DNA from: an uncultured Acidobacteriota bacterium
GTDB lineage: Bacteria > Acidobacteriota > UBA6911
Assembly: GCA_963843575.1 (NCBI GenBank)
Contig: CAWJKZ010000014.1
Location: 352,001-416,000 of the forward strand
Direction: 5' to 3'
DNA: 64,000 bases
This document shows positions 61,518-64,000 of the stretch, piece after piece. The position numbers and the translations under genes were made by a program. Position 1 is the first letter of the stretch, and each line of letters starts with the position of its first letter. The notes beneath the pieces are model-generated. The model saw only the letters and a list, made by a program, of their open reading frames with translations, searched no databases and was not told the origin of the DNA.

Positions 61518-61931
61518 TCACCGAATCGCTTCGATGATCAGTCCAATATCGCCGACACCAGCCCCTTTTGCGATGTCGATGACTTTGACGACGTCGCCAT
61601 ACGGCAGCTTCGGGCTGGCGCTGATGAACATGTTCTTGTTTGCCCTGGCGCTGTAGATTTCCTGGAGCTTGGCGCCGAGTGATCCGATATCGGTCAGATC
61701 CTGGTTGATGGCTATCTGGGCGCTTTCGCCGACCGAGACCACGATGACGCTGGGATCAACCACGGCCTTTACATCTTCGGGCGCGGGTTGAGGCACCTTG
61801 ACATCCAAGTCCATCTGCCGGACGGGCGTGATAACCATGAAGATGATGAGGAGCACGAGAAGGATATCAATGTAAGGGGTGATATTGATATCGGACTTCG
61901 GCCCCTTCTTTGAACCAACTGCCATTGACAT
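61518..61931 (-). CDS. exbD: ExbD/TolR biopolymer transport protein (second copy)
   Basis: DINITPYIDILLVLLIIFMV, YGDVVKVID. Confidence 0.93.
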   Translation of the reverse strand: MSMAVGSKKGPKSDINITPYIDILLVLLIIFMVITPVRQMDLDVKVPQPAPEDVKAVVDPSVIVVSVGESAQIAINQDLTDIGSLGAKLQEIYSARANKNMFISASPKLPYGDVVKVIDIAKGAGVGDIGLIIEAIR

Positions 61932-62178
61932 AAGATGTCACTCCCTTTTCACTGAGAAGCGGTCGCCCTCAAACAACGCGGGATCACGGACCACCGTTGT
62001 GACGGTGATCTATTACCGCACGCATCTGCTTCGCGGGTGGCGGCCGGGGTTCCTGGAAAACGGTCCCCGGCCGGCTTCACGATACCGACGACGCCGCGTG
62101 CGCCCCGACCTGTGTGGCGGCACGTCTATCCGCGCACCGCGACAAGGATCATCACACAAACAGGGCCCAATCGGGTAC

Positions 62179-62601
62179 TTACTCTTTTTCTTTCTCGGTC
62201 ATCAAACCGATGCGCTCGACACCTGTCTTCCGGCACTGGTCGACGATCTGGACCACACGACCATACGCGACGGCGTTGTCCGCCTTCAGGTAAATGGTCT
62301 TGTTGATCTCGCCGCTCGAGAATCGCTTGACGAGAAAATCCAACAGGTCGTTTTCCGTAACCATGGTCTTGGACAGATAGATGCGCCCTTCCCGGTTCAA
62401 GGCCACCACGACTGCATCCTTGCTGTCCGCTTCGGGCGCGTCGAGGGGGTTCTTGGCTTTGGGCAGGTTGACCGTAATACCCGATTGCAGCAGCGGCGTC
62501 GAAATCATAAAGATGATCAGCAACACCAGCATGATGTCCGCCATCGGCGTAACATTGATGTCGGCGTTGACGTTGCTTCGCCCTAAGTTTCGCTTAGCCA
62601 C
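62179..62601 (-). CDS. exbD: ExbD/TolR biopolymer transport protein (first copy)
   Basis: DINVTPMADIMLVLLIIFMISTP, LKAD..V.YGRV. Confidence 0.93.
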   Translation of the reverse strand: MAKRNLGRSNVNADINVTPMADIMLVLLIIFMISTPLLQSGITVNLPKAKNPLDAPEADSKDAVVVALNREGRIYLSKTMVTENDLLDFLVKRFSSGEINKTIYLKADNAVAYGRVVQIVDQCRKTGVERIGLMTEKEKE

Positions 62602-63274
62602 CGATCTGTCCCCGTTTCTTCAAGAAATAATCAATCAACTCGGACGCGGAATTGTCCATCTCGACCGTGAAGGTCTCGATCTTGTTGGTGAAGAAGTTGA
62701 AGGCCATCACGGCGGGAACCGCCACGAACAGACCGAACGCCGTCGTCACCAACGCCTCGGCAATACCGCCCGCGACCGCCGCGATACCAGCAGTTTCCTC
62801 GGTCTTCATGCCCTGGAACGCATTGATGATGCCGATGGTCGTCCCGAACAGTCCGACGAAAGGGGCTACCGATCCGATGGTCGCCAGACCACCCAGACCC
62901 CGTTTCAGGTCCTCGATGCCGATCGCCGTCGCTCTCTCGAGCGCCCGCTTGGCGGCTTCGATCGTCTCGCCGGGAATTTCCTTGCTCTTGGAGTGCGCCT
63001 GCAGTTCATGAAGCCCCGATATCAGGACCTTAGCCAGATGGCTCTTGTTGTTCTGTTCGCCCAGGGCGATCGCCTCGTCGATCTTGCCTTCCTTCAGGCA
63101 TTCCGCCACCGCGGGGGTGAAGACCCGGGACTGCTTGCGGGCTGCCCGATAGGTGATCCACCTTTCGATCATGACGCTGATCGAGTAGGCCGACATGATG
63201 CCGAGAATCACCACGACACCCTTGGCGATTCCGCCCATCGAACTCCAAAGTTCTACTATGTTCATTTGTCCCAT
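62594..63274 (-). CDS. exbB: MotA/TolQ/ExbB proton channel protein
   Basis: LATIGSVAPFVGLFGTTIGI, VAGGIAEALVTTAFGLFVAVPAV. Confidence 0.93.
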   Translation of the reverse strand: MGQMNIVELWSSMGGIAKGVVVILGIMSAYSISVMIERWITYRAARKQSRVFTPAVAECLKEGKIDEAIALGEQNNKSHLAKVLISGLHELQAHSKSKEIPGETIEAAKRALERATAIGIEDLKRGLGGLATIGSVAPFVGLFGTTIGIINAFQGMKTEETAGIAAVAGGIAEALVTTAFGLFVAVPAVMAFNFFTNKIETFTVEMDNSASELIDYFLKKRGQIGG

Positions 63275-63311
63275 CGAATTTATCTAACCTCCGACTAAAG
63301 TTTGGCCAAGA

Positions 63312-64000
63312 TTATCTCAGGTTGAAAATAACAGTCACGGTAGCGATAACCGGAACCGGCTCCCCATTGAGCAAGGTCGGTGAATATTTCCATTGCTTCA
63401 CGGCACGGACCGCCTCGTCATCCAACAGCGGATGACCCTTCAGCACGCGCAACTCGGACACGTTGCCATCCTCGTCTACCGTAACCTGGAGGATGACGAC
63501 GCCCGAGACACGCGCTCGCTTCGCGAGCTCTGGATAAACGGGTTCAACTTTCTTGATGAGCTTGGACTCCTGAACGTTTCCGCCCACGCGAATCGGCTCT
63601 CGTTTCACAGGGCGCGGCGGCGGCGGTGGCGGTGGCGGTGGCGGAACCCCACCGAGCACACCCCCGACTACGCCTCCGGGGACCCCTCCTACCACTCCAC
63701 CCTGAACACCGCCGGGTATGCCGCCCACAACACCGCTGACGCCCACAACCGGAGGCTCATCCACCGGCGGCGGGATTTCTTTCGGAATCTCCGTCGGGGC
63801 GACGAACCTCGTTGGGTCGACCGTCACCCTCTGGGGCATCACCCGTGAGGGCGTCGGCGGCGGCGGTGGCGGTGGCGGTGGTGGCGGTGGCGGCGGCGGC
63901 GCGATCAGAAACGTCAGCAGCTCGCCTTCCGGGAGCACGTTGAAGAAGACCAACGGGATTATGACAATCACGATGATCGCGACAATGTGCAGAACGATCG
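63312..64000 (-). CDS. tonB: Energy transducer TonB (5' end beyond the window)
   Basis: TM helix, poly-Pro tracts, GGVxGG repeats, C-domain PVYPELAKRARVSGVV...AVKQWKYSP...NGEPV. Confidence 0.93.
   Translation of the reverse strand, partial: IVLHIVAIIVIVIIPLVFFNVLPEGELLTFLIAPPPPPPPPPPPPPPPTPSRVMPQRVTVDPTRFVAPTEIPKEIPPPVDEPPVVGVSGVVGGIPGGVQGGVVGGVPGGVVGGVLGGVPPPPPPPPPPRPVKREPIRVGGNVQESKLIKKVEPVYPELAKRARVSGVVILQVTVDEDGNVSELRVLKGHPLLDDEAVRAVKQWKYSPTLLNGEPVPVIATVTVIFNLR

Noticed and set aside
63613-63900. (GGCGGT)n simple repeats as a contingency locus
   Set aside because: They encode the ordinary poly-proline spacers of TonB

Overview
GC-rich, gene-dense core-genome window from a diderm (LPS-producing) bacterium. 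Gene order and content (long fused LptC/LptA, FecR-DUF6600-like protein, TonB-ExbB-ExbD-ExbD-TPR, Rel and HprK together with RpoN) suggest Acidobacteriota, which is an inference. Most genes are on the minus strand. From left to right: a KamA-type lysine 2,3-aminomutase + GNAT + two Ddl-like ATP-grasp ligases; a CDF transporter; yicC-gmk-rpoZ-coaBC-era-udg-priA; msbA; lptC/A-lptB-rpoN-hpf-hprK-rapZ-EIIA(Man)-ptsH-ptsI; nfeD-slipin-SPOR-lnt-prfB (programmed frameshift); leuA-(leuB remnant)-pheA-lipA; argR-argCBDJ; class-V aminotransferase-serA; a plus-strand LPS inner-core operon (waaA, lpxK, waaF, gmhB, hldA/hldC, waaC); rnpB; hbd-recA; an SDR; rpmB; rel-ridA; and a TonB system. Many conserved genes carry single-base frameshifts, most likely sequencing/assembly indels; coordinates for those genes are reconstructed by eye and approximate. 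No CRISPR array, prophage, rRNA, tRNA or full-length transposase was seen. The best candidate for an undescribed system is the aminomutase/GNAT/double ATP-grasp operon at 1-3514. Other items of note are three non-autonomous palindromic elements, a collapsed leuB-like remnant and a structured spacer between the two exbD genes.
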